Positions 41,185 through 58,229 of a DNA stretch of 64,000 nt are shown piece by piece. How positions within the stretch are numbered: position 1 is the stretch's first letter; every line of letters starts with the position of its first letter. The notes under the pieces are model-generated. The model ran no database searches, was not told where the DNA came from, and saw only the letters and a list, made by a program, of their open reading frames with translations. This DNA comes from Octopus vulgaris (taxonomy: Eukaryota): assembly GCA_951406725.2 (NCBI GenBank), contig OX597833.1:36146001-36210000 (forward strand), read 5' to 3'. A program made the position numbers and the translations under genes.

Positions 41185-43950
41185 TCTAACTTGAGTTGAA
41201 GGAACTGGATATTATATTTGAAATGGTACTCAATTAAAACGTTTATTACCAGTCTTTCTAAGATATAAATTCACTGCATATCATTACGCAGTTTGCCCCA
41301 GGGAAGACTTTGTTCCTTTATTCTACCGGGTATCAGCATGCTCGTATCAATTTAGTGATGTTGGTATGGCACAAGGTGTTTCTTAATCCTTATAATTTCC
41401 ATATCACACAGAGAGTGAGACTTTATAATTGTAAGCCTCTTGGCCCTCTGTATCCAGCCTGCAATATGTTAGAAGACTGATAACTGTCAACTTGAAATTT
41501 TCCAGTATGGAATTGTATTTTGTTTTATTCAATTTAACTATATATGTCATTGCGCTTTTGTTTCTGTAGATGGTTCATATAATCAGGAGTGTGGCTGATT
41601 ATTTTTGATAGTTTGGTATGATCAACATAACTACTAGCAGCACCTACACAAAAGTAATGTGTCCAACAGCGTCTTTGCAATGCTCCTGTGTTGCAGTCTC
41701 TTTTGATAAGTTACGGTTGGAGGCAATGTAGCTAATTGAAGTATATCCCTTATTAAGCCATAGAGCCACTCTCCTGAGATCACTTGGCGTTTAGTATTGA
41801 ATCCCATCACCAAATTTATAGAAAGCCTTTGTGAAATTAATGGTATACTCTGAAATAAGTTCTATTGATTAAAAACCTGATTTAGCAACAATTTTCACAC
41901 CGACATCAGTTGTGTCAGACATCTACTACCTGGAAGGAAGCAATGTTGAATATCACATAACAATCAGAGAAACTACTTATGTTATTTAAGAACGTAATCA
42001 GTTTCTCTCTGATAATTCATTCTTGGACTTTGCTGATATGTAAATTCTGAGATATAGGTTCGCAATATTTGGCATCTGTTCCGAATCTTTTTTTATAGAT
42101 GTATCATAATAGTCCTTCAGTCGGATTTCTTGGAATCTTATCAAGTCTTCCATTGTAGCTTTAGAAATGTATCTGAAATTATTTGCATGCTGTAAGAGAA
42201 TTGTCAGGAATTTGGAGTATGTTATTGAGTTCAAGATCATTCTCTCTGCTGCAGGTGTTACATCTTTTATATCCATATAATTTATGAATGCCACTCCCCA
42301 TTTTAGAGATGCCGTGTTGTAGAACATGTCTAGAACAGATATTTTCTTGCATAACGATGAGGAAGTAACAGCTCTGTTGAAGCGTTCATTCAGCATCTCA
42401 CCTTTCGAATGCTTTGCAGTGAACCAACTCCTCTAACAATGGTTCTTTCTTTGTAGAACACCACTTCGATTCTTTCAAACCTTTAGTGTTGTAAATTTCG
42501 ACAGCTTTAGTTTCCTTTGTTACTCTCTCATTCTTCTAGAAGCATTTTACCTTATTTTCAATGTTTATGAATGTCATTGTTCAGAAATGTTTATCTCTAT
42601 CAATAGTTTATCAATGTTTTCTTCAATTAATCAATATGAAACATTTGTTCATCTCACACAATATTTCTGTTTCTGACGATATTTTTGTGAAATTTGATCT
42701 TGGTTTGAGAAACACATTTAATAGATTAAGCTTGACATCAATTGCCTTGAATATTGCGCCAGTTTTATACCTTCTCTTTACAGTTCATCCACTAAATTAC
42801 ATTCATAATTGATCTTTTGCAAAATGTCTTATGGAAATTAAAACGAAACAAAGTTGGAGTGTTGTGATCAGACAAATTCATATTACATTTTGTGGTTGAG
42901 TTTTTCATGATACACAAACATTTCAAACGTCGACAGACACCATCATTTTTGAAAGTTTTCTTTCTAGAAACAACATAATGTCATTAGATGCATTTAAATA
43001 CCTAACTTAGTATTTAGTAGACATACCTTGTGTAGTTTTTAATGATTTTAATTAGTTTGGACATCATGTTAACGACGAGTGTTCGCCCAGATAAAACTGC
43101 ATAAAGAGAACTGTCTATTTACCTTTCAGATGTCTGTGTATATAATTTAGAGATCTTTGAGTATCGTTGCAACTGTTTGAATAGAGAATCGTTTGTTTTA
43201 AGACGAACAGGTTGGTAAGCCAGGCAAAATTTTTTTCTTGTCTACAATTGGAAGAATCCAGTAGACGATATCTTGAACATAATATTATATATAAATATAT
43301 ATTTGTAAACATATTACTATATATAAATACATATGTTCAGTGTGTTGCAAATTTTGAATGTGACAACATGGCGTCTTCTTGAATGTACGTGGCATTTACT
43401 CCATTTCTTTGCTATCATCTAGAAAGATAATTTTTGTATGCGAATTATATGTTTGTGTAAGTGACATACGCATTGATTGATTACATATTATGCTTACTCA
43501 CCAATTTTGTTACATTACAATAAGGAACATACAATATCGTAATTTATTATTTGCGTTGTTGTTGTGGGTAGTTCAAAGTCCTCCCATTGTTTTTCTAAGC
43601 TGATCAACTGTTGCAGTAGTTGCTATACCAGGGTTTTGAAAAAAATGTTTCTCTATTGTTACGACTCAATTTTGGTAGGAATAGACTGTCTACATCGTCT
43701 TCTTTCAAATATGTGCACTTGTGTCAATTTTCCAGGCATTCGTTTTTCGTGACACTTAGCACATCATAAGACTCGTTGAAATTTTCTTTTATCCCTGTAG
43801 AGTTAGATAGAAATTCGCAGTGATTGATATGTGTATAACGACAGTCCATTGCATTTTCACCAAGAAGCATTTAGTTTGATAATATTCAACCCTTTTGTAG
43901 TTCATCATCGTTGAGGTTTTAGCCCTTGATTAGATCTGACCCAGAAGAAA
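41185..43950 (-). pseudogene. Heavily decayed CR1/Jockey-group LINE (APE endonuclease + RT remnants)
   Basis: Minus-strand remnants INFTKAFYKFGDGI (DFxKAFD-like), YVDHTKL (FADDTK-like), GVNATYIQED and RYRLLD (APE-like); many stops. Confidence 0.55.
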
Positions 43951-45003
43951 ATCATTTCTATGAGTGATACTCGTAGAAGACCCCTTATTTGTTTAAGATG
44001 TTATTATAGTCCGAAGTCAGACTTCATCAAGAAAACCTATAATGAGAGACGCTCCATGTGTGGCAAAAGTGGTAATTTTCTTCATATATGATGAATTTAA
44101 GATTACACATTGTATAATTCTCTAGAGAAGTAGGATGTGATTTGATGAAGATTTCGTTGCTATATCTAGTAGATTAGGTGACCCCAATGTTGGTTCATAA
44201 TCATTGTTGTTCTTTAGCCACAGACCAGCCATGACCGAACAAACATACTTACGGTTAAATTCTCCCACTCGTAATTACACCACCTACTTAGCCTTACTAC
44301 AAATATCATGCTCAAAGTATCCTTCCTTTTAAAGAAAATGTGGTTGCTATTTCCTGCAGGAAAGCGGCCACATAGCGACACCACATAAGTGTATAATGAT
44401 AGTTGGTGACCCTTTTGGCAACATTGACTTCACTCATTTTAACAATTTTCAAATATCCTTTATATTACTTTTACATTTTTGTTGTTGTAGATAGTATAGC
44501 TGTCGTTGCTGAAGGGCCCTGAGACAGACACGATCGAGCAAGTCTGTTATCAAAGGAATTTCAGTCGTGATCACCTCCGGCTGGACATGTCAGGATACCT
44601 GGCGATACACTGCCAAAAGCAATCATTTATTCTTACATTCAAAATAGAGAGCTCAATGAGGATACACATCGTTAAACATTTAAATGTGTACTGAACACAT
44701 AAAATCAAAATGATTCAAAATCAACTCAAACCAGACAAGAATGCTGTCCCGTTCATAAGGAACCAAGAACAAGAACACACGAGCCATTTGAACCTTTACA
44801 AATCCGTATATCGAAAGCTAGAACAGCAGCATCGCCAAAATAAAAAATACAAGCCAGGGTGACACTGGTTTCTATTGACATAATTTTGTAGTCTGTGCGC
44901 AGCCTACTACATCAGAGAAGGCTTTCCCGGTCACGATATTAACACTTTATATGCAGTCACCACTTTTCCTAATATTTTAAAACATGTATTATGTGTATGC
45001 CTG

Positions 45004-45133
<130 letters not shown>

Positions 45134-45175
45134 CCTATCTATTTATCTATCTATCTATCTATCTGTTTATCTATC

Positions 45176-45220
<45 letters not shown>

Positions 45221-45261
45221 ATCGATCGCTCGATCAGTCTGTCTGTCTATCTAGCTTTCAA

Positions 45262-45336
<75 letters not shown>

Positions 45337-45719
45337 TTATATATATTTTAGATAAAAAACACCTTTTATCAATTCAAAATGAAAAATTAAACTACACCAT
45401 CTAGAAAATTACATATAATAGAAATATTAAATATAAGATAAAAAATATGTATATATATAAATATATATATATATGCATATATATATACTTATATATATTC
45501 GTATATATATATACGTATGTATACATACATATATAAATATGCACATGCATACATGTCTAAGTATTTATGTATGTACACATACACACAGAAACATATAGAA
45601 CGATAGATAGATACATATATGCATACATACAAACATACATGCATACATACATACAGACAAACACATACATACGTACATTTCTTTCTCTACTAATAGAAAT
45701 CTTTAAAAAACTAAATAAT

Positions 45720-45935
45720 GACATACGTGAATCCAGTCTTTGAAAAGTTTATATTGAATTTGTGGTATATTTTAGCCTAATTTTTATCACATCTCTTGTA
45801 TTAATATCTAGAGCAGAACTTGCTGTAATTTCTAAGGGGTATATTTCTGTCGCATAATTTGAAATTAAACAATCTGTGCAACCAAAGATTATTTAAACCT
45901 GTTGTTATCTTCATATATTACAGCTACTATTCCAT
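45720..45935 (+). repeat. Old dispersed direct repeat, paralog of 49570-49805
   Basis: AAAAGTTTATATTGAATTTGT..TAT.TTT.AGCCTAATTTTT shared, plus colinear similarity downstream. Confidence 0.75.
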
Positions 45936-46155
45936 ATATATATTAGTGCATGTATGTATGTATGTATGTATGTATGTATGTATGTATGTATGTATGTATG
46001 TATGTATGTATGTATGTATGTATGTATGTATGTATGTATGTATGTATGTATGTGTGTATGTATATGTATGTATGCATGCATGTATCATTATGTATAGATG
46101 GAAAGCTGAAGAGCTTTGGGTAAAAGAAAATATAGGAGGGTTAGTTAATTATGAA

Positions 46156-46298
46156 CTTAGCGGTTCGGCAATAGAGACCGATAGAATAAGTACTAGGCTT
46201 CCGAAGAATAAGTCCTGGGGTCGATTTGCTCGACTAAAGGTGGTGCTCCAGCATGGCCGCAGTCAAATGACTGAAACAAGTAAAAGAGTGAAAAGAGT
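46156..46298 (+). mobile_element. SINE family A, 3' half
   Basis: CTTAGCGGTTCGGC...GAAACAAGTAAAAGAG. Confidence 0.88.
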
Positions 46299-46523
46299 GA
46301 TATACCCCCTCTCAGATTCACATACTTATTCAAAGGTCCTTCAGTTTTCCTCAGCCCTATGAAAGAACCTACAACCAGGCCCTTTTCTATACCCTTAAAG
46401 ACAGGAATTTTTCTGGACTCTTTTTGTATGTATGTATATATATATATATATGTATATATGAGTATGTGTGTGTATGCCTGTGTGCATGTATAACATCTGT
46501 ATTTGCATATATACTCCTTTTTC

Positions 46524-46920
46524 TTTTACTCTTTTACTTGTTTCAGTCATTTGACTGTGGCCATGCTGGAGCACCGCCTTTAATCGAGCAACTCGACCCC
46601 TGGACTTATTCTTTGTAAGCCCAGTACTTATTCTATCGGTCTCTTTTGCCGAACCGCTAAGTGACGGGGACATAAACACACCAGCATCGGTTCTCAAGTG
46701 ATGTTGGATGGGACAAACACAGACACACAAACATACACGCACACACACACACATGTATATACACATATATACGACAGGCTTCTTTCAGTTTCCGTCTACC
46801 AAATCCACTCACAAGGCTTTGGTCAGCCCGAGGCTACAGTAGAAGACACCTGGCCAAGGTGCCACGCAGTGGGACTGAACCCGGAACTATGTGGTTGGTA
46901 AACAAGCTACTTACCACACA
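46524..46920 (-). mobile_element. SINE family A
   Basis: Near-identical to other copies; followed by a degenerate + copy at 46922-47272. Confidence 0.9.
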
Positions 46921-47007
46921 ATTGTCTTCTACTCTAAGGTCGACAAAATTGGATGGGTTTGGTAGATGGAAACTGAAAGAAGCTCGTTTTACACGCATGT
47001 ATGTGTG

Positions 47008-47067
<60 letters not shown>

Positions 47068-47332
47068 TTGTGTTTTTTCCCACCGCCACTTGGGAACCGG
47101 GTTTGGTGTATTGACGCACCCGTAACTTAGCAGTTAGGCAAAAGAGACCTATAGAATAAATACCAGGCTTAACAAAGAAATCATTACTGGGGTTGATTGG
47201 CTCGGCTAGAATTTTTCATTCATGACAGTGCCCCAACATGGCTTCAGTCTAATGACTGAAACAAGAAAAAGATAAATTATGTGTGTATGCATCTATGTAT
47301 ATATATATATGAGTGTACATATATACATATAT

Positions 47333-47374
<42 letters not shown>

Positions 47375-47470
47375 CGTTTTGGGATTTGGTTTGCAAGATT
47401 CTTTATGTGAGTTCGTGTGTTTAAGCATATTCTGTTGTGTTTGGGGAGAGTCATTTACTTTTTCTGCCTT

Positions 47471-47525
<55 letters not shown>

Positions 47526-47540
47526 CACATACACACACAC

Positions 47541-47593
<53 letters not shown>

Positions 47594-47613
47594 GTACAAA
47601 CATAAATACACAT

Positions 47614-47674
<61 letters not shown>

Positions 47675-47761
47675 AACATAACTACACATACGCGCACACA
47701 AACAATATATGTGAATATATACATTTATATATGCATACAAATATGCATATATGGACACATG

Positions 47762-47803
<42 letters not shown>

Positions 47804-48150
47804 CACGCATACCTACACACTCATTTAAATCGACGTTTATGTGTGTATTGTGTGCACACGTGTGTGTTTGTGTGTGGTGTGTATACGTGTGTATATTCTT
47901 AAATATGCATTTATACAGTAAATATAGATAAATATTTAAGGTGTAAACAAGCAGGAATACGCAGAAACCTATACTCAGAAGGGTTCTGAAATAACCTATA
48001 CCTGGTTTGTGTATGTGAGTATGCTGATATCTGTCTGTGTATGCCAATTTATGTATGTATGCAATTGTATGTATTGATGTATGGATGAATGGGTGAATGG
48101 ATGTAAAGTGTGTAAATGTGTATAAATTTATAAGTCTGCACATGCTTTAC

Positions 48151-48181
<31 letters not shown>

Positions 48182-48205
48182 TATATATATATATATTATA
48201 TATAT

Positions 48206-48267
<62 letters not shown>

Positions 48268-48360
48268 CATACAAACACACACTCATAGAAACATACATAT
48301 ATTTACATATATATGTCTGTGTCTGTATGAAAGTATATGTGTGTGTATATTTGTGTTTAA

Positions 48361-48439
<79 letters not shown>

Positions 48440-49192
48440 GTGTGTATGTATGCCTCTTATGACTTTATTGAAAATACGTGTGTATGGCTTTTCATAAATT
48501 GTATATCTTTAAAATATCTTTCCTTATGTAAAAATCTATATCTAATCTACAAAATATTGCGAAATAAAATCGCTAAATACATGTAAGATTTCAGATATAT
48601 TTCTTCAATATTAGTTGTGATACATACAATATTTTTAATGTTCTAATCTACAGAATATATATTATATATGAATTGTGTGTGAATGTGTGTTTGTGTGCGT
48701 TTGTCTGGGTGTTTGCGTGTGTGTGTTTGTGCGTGCGTTTGTGAATACAGTTAGCGATCTAAGCATACTGGAAATAGTATCATTTATATGCACACACACA
48801 CATACATACCTACAAACATACATACATATTTACATAATTAAATATATGCATATATACACGTACACATGCATATTCTTATATGTTTATGTATTTATATATC
48901 TATATATCAATATTATATATATATATATATATAAATAAATATATATAAATATGTATATATTTATTTATATTTATTTATATATATATACACACACACGCTT
49001 ACAGGCTCATGTACATATGTGTATATATATGTATATATATATATATATATACACATATACATACATATATATATATAATATATATATATGTATGTATATA
49101 TCTATATATGTATATATATATATTACATATTACATATAAATGCATATTTATCTATCTATATATCTACATATATATATGTATATATATATATT

Positions 49193-49248
<56 letters not shown>

Positions 49249-49255
49249 ATCATAT

Positions 49256-49304
<49 letters not shown>

Positions 49305-49569
49305 CTTTGCATGCATAAATGGATATATACGTGTATAAATAAGTCGATTTTCCTAAATTTGCTTATGTCGTTAAATGGATTCGTGGAGAATGAATTTGCG
49401 CGCGTTAGAAGTACACAAACGTTAAAGCAGAGGATAGAAAGAACAAAACAGAGAGAGTGGGGAGTTGAGAATTATAACGAACACACTGTCCGCACCTCTT
49501 CCTTCTATTATGTAACATAACCGACATTAGCCAGACGTTACGTCAAATCATTACATTTTGTGAAACGTG

Positions 49570-49805
49570 TGTCATACGTGTATTTTCTCGTTTCTTTTTA
49601 AAAGTTTATATTGAATTTGTTATATGTTTCAGCCTAATTTTTGTTTGCGTCACTGATGTTAAGGTTTCACCACTTGTTATTTGTAGTATTTAATATAATT
49701 TGTAAGGGACTTATTTCCATCGTATATTTTAGAATTACGCAATCTATACAGCCAGGGACTATTTACAATAGTTGCTATATTCATACGCTACAGTTATTAT
49801 TCCTT
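49570..49805 (+). repeat. Old dispersed direct repeat, paralog of 45720-45935
   Basis: See 45720-45935. Confidence 0.75.
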
Positions 49806-49994
49806 TTTCTATGTATATATCATTTCGTATAAATTCACAGACATACACGCAAACAAACATTATATATATATATATACGAAAATGAATATATATACATATA
49901 TTGATAGATAGATACATACATACATGCATACATACATACATACATACTCATATACATAGACAAATAGACAGTTAGATAGATGATAAATAGAACG

Positions 49995-50052
<58 letters not shown>

Positions 50053-50053
50053 G

Positions 50054-50094
<41 letters not shown>

Positions 50095-50140
50095 GGAGGG
50101 ATGGATTTATGATAGATAGAGAGATAGAAAGATAGATAGT

Positions 50141-50171
<31 letters not shown>

Positions 50172-50560
50172 ATAGATGGATGGATGGATACACACACATC
50201 AGTCATATTCACAAACACACATGCAAGTGTACATACAAACATGCACACACTCAAAGACAGACAGACACACACACACACAGACACACACACACACACACAC
50301 ATAAACACGTTTACAAACGCATGTCAGTATTATAAAATAAGTTTTACAATAATATTGTTAACCTTTCAAGCATGGCTATTTCACTTTATTATATAACTAG
50401 GTCTTTTCACTATTCATACTATTGTAAGCGTTACGCTACTGAAGTTGCATTATCAACACATATATTAGAGTTTTTTTTTTCTTCTCGCTGCATTGCTTAT
50501 ATTTACTAACACTATCATTGTTGCAACTTGCATGACTTTGTGTGTCTCTCTCTATCTGTG

Positions 50561-50610
<50 letters not shown>

Positions 50611-50781
50611 ACACACACAGAAATACATACATATATGAATAAATATATATATATGTGTGTGTGTGTGTAAATATAAATGTATGTATTTGTGTATACATGT
50701 ATGTGCATATATTCGTATATATATATATATGCACACACACACATATATATATATATATATGTGTATATAAATATATATGTA

Positions 50782-50850
<69 letters not shown>

Positions 50851-51487
50851 CTGTATGTATATGTATATGTATACATACATACACACACGCTCGGGCACAC
50901 AAAGAGATAGACACACACACATATATATATATAGAGAGAGAGAGGGATGTATGTACGTGTGTGTGTGTACACAAAAGCACACGGATACACACATACACTA
51001 ATATATAAGATATAATTAGTTGGTGATATATTTAGAACCGTTTTATTTTTAAGAGAACAGGACAAGATTTTACATAAATTTACGTTAGCATATTTACTCT
51101 ACATTCAAGTCAACCAGGAGACGTCTGCGTAATCGCTTGGCCCTCTAGAAAAAGCAGCCAATTTTATCTCCGTTTACCTTGAAATCACTTAAAATAACTG
51201 GAGGTATACAATGCACAATGTATTCATAGAAATATATAAAAACAATATGGCCATTGTTAAAATGCTTTCGAGACTGAAAAATTTGAATTTGTACTAGCAT
51301 TAATCTTCCCTGAGAGAGACGGCGGCATATTGCAAATCAGAAGCTAAAGGGACATAACCAAAACGAAAGAAATTTATATTATAGGCGAGAAGGCGGTGGA
51401 ACTGACAATAACAGCAAGCCAGTTAAAGTATAATGCAAAATGATATTATATAATATATACATATATATGTATATACTTAATATATAT

Positions 51488-51546
<59 letters not shown>

Positions 51547-51772
51547 CATATACATGCATATATGTATATATATATATATATATGTATATTTATATGTATA
51601 TAGATAGGTAGACATACATTTATATATACATACATATATATGTATGTGTGTGTATGTGTATATATATATATAAACACGTATATATACATATATATGGTAA
51701 GTGTATTAATATGTCTATATACATACGAACATATTTGTAAATATATACCTGTCTCCACACTCACACACAGAT

Positions 51773-51822
<50 letters not shown>

Positions 51823-51843
51823 CTATCTATATATCTACATACA

Positions 51844-51877
<34 letters not shown>

Positions 51878-51923
51878 CTTATTTTTACATGTATATATCC
51901 ATTTATGCATGCAAAGATTTATA

Positions 51924-51974
<51 letters not shown>

Positions 51975-52949
51975 ATGTGTGTGTGTGTATATATATATAG
52001 AAATAGATATATATACATATATATATATATGTATGTATGTATGTATGCATGTATATATACATATATATATATATATATTTATGTGTGTTTGTGTATACAC
52101 TTATAACTATAAATTTACATGTATATATACATACATCCACCACCGCCACCATATGTATGCGTATACTTAAAGATGGGAAGTGTGTGTTTGTGTGTATATT
52201 TATATGCATATGTGTGTACACACACACATTTATATATATATATATATATATATATAAACTCACAATGTTATGCACATAAATATTTACATCCACACACATA
52301 TTTCTATGTATATAAAATGCGTGTGCGTGCGTGTGTGCGTTTGTGTGTGTGCACAGGCATAAATAAGCTTTTAAGATAGAAACTACAAATATATCTTCTG
52401 TTTGATATGCAGTACAAATACACCCGTTAACATTATAATCGCCGTTTTTCTAAGTAAATATTTCGATTTAAACCCACATCGAGATATTTCTTTTTTACTC
52501 AGCAAGATAAGCAAATCCCTTACGCAATCCTCAATAATATTACCTTAAACAATGTGTCCCCCAAAATTTTGCGTTCGGAACATACCGCCATTGTAATAAA
52601 GTATATATGTTGGTAATAATTATTCCGGATTTTTATCAATATCATTTGTTATAATACGTTTTTACAATGTACTATATGTGACTGTTTTGTTGTAATAATT
52701 TGAAGGGGACTCTTTTCAGTCAAGGCACACAATTACGTCATCGGCGAAGCACCCTACATATTATTTCGCTGATATATTACCCATTTCACATAAACCTTTC
52801 TTGCAGTCACACTTAATATGCAATGCAAACCTGAGCGCGCGCACAAACATACAAAAACGCACATACGTATATACATGCATATAACATACACACACACACA
52901 TACATACCTAAGATGATACATACATACATCCATTCATACATAAAAACAT

Positions 52950-52980
<31 letters not shown>

Positions 52981-53343
52981 ATGCTTATACATGTAGATCT
53001 ATGTAACTGCATTATGCTCTTGTGCTTCTGCATCTGTGAGTATGTGTGTGTGTACTTTTGTGTGTGTGTGTGTGTGTATGTCTGTCTGTGTGTGTGTGTG
53101 TGTGTGCGGGGGTTTGTGTATGTGCGTGAATGTTCCTGTGAAGAGCGGGTATGCGCTTGGATGTGTATATGTCTCTAACTAATCGGTCAACAGAACGTTT
53201 TTTTTCAAAATAGAAAATGAAATGATTTTAAAAATAAATTAAAATTCATAAACTTTCTGCTTATCTAAAAGAAATACTTCTCCATAGTAAACACAGACAC
53301 CACACACATACAAAGAAACGTACACAGAAATATGTGAATACGG

Positions 53344-53446
<103 letters not shown>

Positions 53447-54345
53447 AATGTATGCATGTATGTATGTGTGCTTAAGTGAATACATGTGCATACGTATGTA
53501 TTTATGTATGTATATATATATGTGTGTGTATATGTAAGGTAAGGAGTTGGTACTGTGAACATTATGTAACCTGGCGTGAGAAAATGGCACTAAAATTATC
53601 AGTTTACCGCTCAGACTTACGATTTTTGGACACACCCTAAGCAAATGTAGTGAAGCTAAAATACTCCTCCGAATTCAGTAAAATATTTTTATAAATATAT
53701 TTATATATATATATAGATATATATATATATTATAATTTTACAATTTTCAAAATATATGTAAATGGAAATATAGTTGTTTTTGTTTGTGTTTTGTTTTGTT
53801 TAATATAACGATATGGGAGTGAACCATCTCTCCTAAATTCTATTTATTGGTTTCCAAAACCATATTGTGCCATTTTATATTGATCTGAATTTAAATCTCG
53901 CTGAAAATGGCTCCCTGCTATTTATCTCTTTCATGACCGATTCATGTCAGCAAATGAAATGCCTATGAAATTCGCTATGTAATAACATGGTCCTGGGTTC
54001 GATTTCTCTGTTTGGACATCCTGGCTAAATATCGTATTTTGTAACTTTAAGCCGAATGGTAAGTTCTAATAGAAATTTAGTTGACGGAAACTGTAGAGAA
54101 ACCCGTCGGTTGAATTTTAGCCGTAATGCAAAAAAAAAATAAAAAGGTAACGGCCTCGTCACACACTGTGTCACATCAATTCTACCTTTGAACTGCATTG
54201 AGTATAAACAGATCTGTGGAGTACTCAGCCAGTTACACGTAAAATCAGGAGCAGGTAACTCAGACAGTCGAACAACAGAACCCTTATCATTGGATGATGG
54301 CGACCCGCTGTACCCACGAAAAGATTCACACATGCACACAGATAC

Positions 54346-54380
<35 letters not shown>

Positions 54381-54938
54381 CACAGACACACACACACACA
54401 CTCACACACACATGTATCTGTGGATGGTTGGCCTGACAGGCGGCAAGAGTAGTGATTGGATGAATGGTTAGATTTTGCCAGGACTATACACATACACGCA
54501 CACGCACATACGCACACACGCACACCCACACACATTCATACACACACAATTTCGCACATATACACACATGTGAGCAAACATGCACGCATACATTCATAAT
54601 TATATATATAATACACAACTGTAAAGAAAATGTATATGAAATTCGCTATGTATGTTCATATGTACACGCAAATACACACATCTAATGATACACACACACA
54701 CATATATACACATATATCCATAAATATATGTTTCCATAAATATATATATACACATATACTATACATGCTTATAGTATAAGCATATCAACATATATATATA
54801 TATATATACACACATACATACATGTATGTATATGCATGTATGAATGTATGTATATGTATATATATGCATATATGTATATAAATGTATATGCATATATATA
54901 TATATATATATATATGTGTGTATGTATGTATGTATATA

Positions 54939-54978
<40 letters not shown>

Positions 54979-55570
54979 CATATATATATAGAGAGAGAGA
55001 GACCCACACACAGATACAGCTATTCATCATATGCACAGATACATGTGGAGCTATTAAAAATTATTATTGCAAACATTATTTCATTGAACACTGAATTTGC
55101 ATATGGTTTCTCCTAACACACAAACGCAAATATGCACACTCACCAACACTATTAAACACACACACATACACACACGTATACATACGCACATATATATACA
55201 TCTATATATACATATACATACATATATATAGATATATATAGATATATATACATCTAAACATCTATATACACATATATGTATATATATATATTTGTGTGTG
55301 TATGCATCCACGTGTGTGTGCATGAACGAAGACGTATATACATACATATATGCGTCTATATAAATCAATCTATGTACCTACCAACCAATCCATCTGTTCG
55401 TCTTTATAACGATCCATGTGTGTGTGTGTGTATTTATATTTATACATACACACACACTCACATACAGATACGTTAATATCACAGATAAAGAAATTTTTTT
55501 ATGGATATATATATTTCAACATACGATAAACAAACCATGCTCGTATGTATCCATATATATGAATAACAAT

Positions 55571-55650
<80 letters not shown>

Positions 55651-55733
55651 ATATATATATATATTTATATATATGTCTAAATATATATATATGTATATAT
55701 ATACATTCATATATATATATACATATATACATA

Positions 55734-55767
<34 letters not shown>

Positions 55768-55906
55768 CATGTATTTATGTATATATATGTATGCATGTAT
55801 GTATATATGTATATGTGGAATAAAATTATTTCTATTACCACAAAGTTTCATACAATCAGACTACAATTTAGTGAGTATTCTTCATTATTATAACGCTGTA
55901 TGTATG

Positions 55907-55959
<53 letters not shown>

Positions 55960-56244
55960 CAGTTACATCGTCGGTAATTATTTACATAATGGCAGACAAT
56001 ACTGTGTGGATAGAGAAGTCAATACGTGTGTAACATTATAACCCAACTGATGATATATTAATGTATATGGTATATATTAAAAAAGTCATTTATATTATAT
56101 TAAAGTAAAACTCCAACGCTGAGCAGTTGTTAAAATTGCTCAGAGTATTTTCTTAAAAGATGGAAAATTTGCCACCAGGCGACAACAGTGAATCGAAACC
56201 TAAACCGCTGCATATTATGATATGCATACCTATATATGTATATA

Positions 56245-56280
<36 letters not shown>

Positions 56281-56483
56281 ATATGTATATATATATTATA
56301 TATACTTAACATAATATATAATTTATTTTTTATTTTATTCTATCTAGTTACATGCTGGGGCACCGCCATTTATATACATTATATACATTATATGAACTTA
56401 ATATATATATATTCATATATATTACATGTGCATATATATGTACAAATATTCACAGACACATATAAAAAAGTTCTTATATATAT

Positions 56484-56553
<70 letters not shown>

Positions 56554-57301
56554 ATAATAACAAAGGGTAAAATTAATTAATTAAGAAGTAATTAATAATT
56601 TCACCAAGTAGAATTCGGTGTGAAAAAAGTAATACTTAGTAATACTAATAAAAGGGTTCAGCAAAGATTTGCTTCACCACACACCGAAGTTTAGAAATAG
56701 CAGCCAAAAATCTTAGCTATTTCTTCTACTTTAAAAAGGGACTCCCAGAGAAACCAAAATACTTGAAGATAATTCACACAAGCAGAGAATAAAGCAACGA
56801 AAATCAATCAATATATATTTAAATATATATATATACACTCACACACACACACACATACGTGTACATAAATAACGATCTATATATATATGCACATGCAAAC
56901 ACACGAGTTAATATGAATGACAGAGCTTTATTTTAAACACTTTTAATTGGTGAGACACAAAGTTATTACCAATAACTATTGTAAGCCGTCAACTTATTTA
57001 TATTATTCATATTCCGTGTTAACGGCACGCATAATTATTTTATCTCTTGACAGCCACACACATGCACGCTTGGACCTAATCGTTTGCACACACACATTCA
57101 GTTATACACGTGCACATAGACACATATATGCACGCACTCACATACATTCACTCCCTTCCTGCACACTGTGTATTCACACATACATTTCTATATGTGATTG
57201 TATGCATATATACATATACTTTCAAGCTGATTCATGTATATACATACTCATATATATATATATATATATACGTATATATGCATATATATATATATGCATG
57301 C

Positions 57302-57351
<50 letters not shown>

Positions 57352-57569
57352 TTATGTTTAAATAGATTATATATGCGCTAGAATATATTATGCATATTAT
57401 ACATATATTATTATATCCGCGCGCACAAACACATATACACATACATATACATATACACATACATATATGTATGTGTATGTGAATGTATAAGTTTATGCGG
57501 AAGTATCTATTTGTGTGTGTATGTATGTATGTATGTATGTATGTATGTATGTATGTATGTATGTATGTA

Positions 57570-57623
<54 letters not shown>

Positions 57624-57814
57624 CATACATATATATATATATATATTATATATATGTACATATTTATATATACATATATTTATATATACATATATATATA
57701 TATATACATATATGCATATATATTGATATATACACATACGTACATATATATATATATATATGTATGTATATGTATATATATAAATAAACACATATATGTA
57801 TGTGTACATGTATG

Positions 57815-57849
<35 letters not shown>

Positions 57850-58173
57850 TAACATTCTTACATGCTTCGTTTTGCTCTTTTGTGCACTACAAATGTATTT
57901 TTATGATTCTTTCTGTAGGTCTGTATATTGTGTATGTTTATCTAGTTGCTATATACTTGTTATATATTTACATGCAAATCTTATATTTACGTATAAATTG
58001 ATATAATTTTTACATTTATACATAATTCATATAGTTCAAGATACACATAGTATATGTACGTGTGTGTGTGTTTGTGTGTGTGTGTTTGTGAGTATGTGTG
58101 TGTGTTTGCGTGTGTACATATATACACACCCAGACGTCCATCCATAAATACATACATTTAAGTATGTATATGA

Positions 58174-58229
<56 letters not shown>

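Noticed and set aside
52710-52815. Possible exon after CTCTTTTCAG encoding QGTQLRHRRS (furin-like site) that could join the 40591 exon
   Set aside because: Weak evidence; overlaps a diverged repeat copy; the join is speculative
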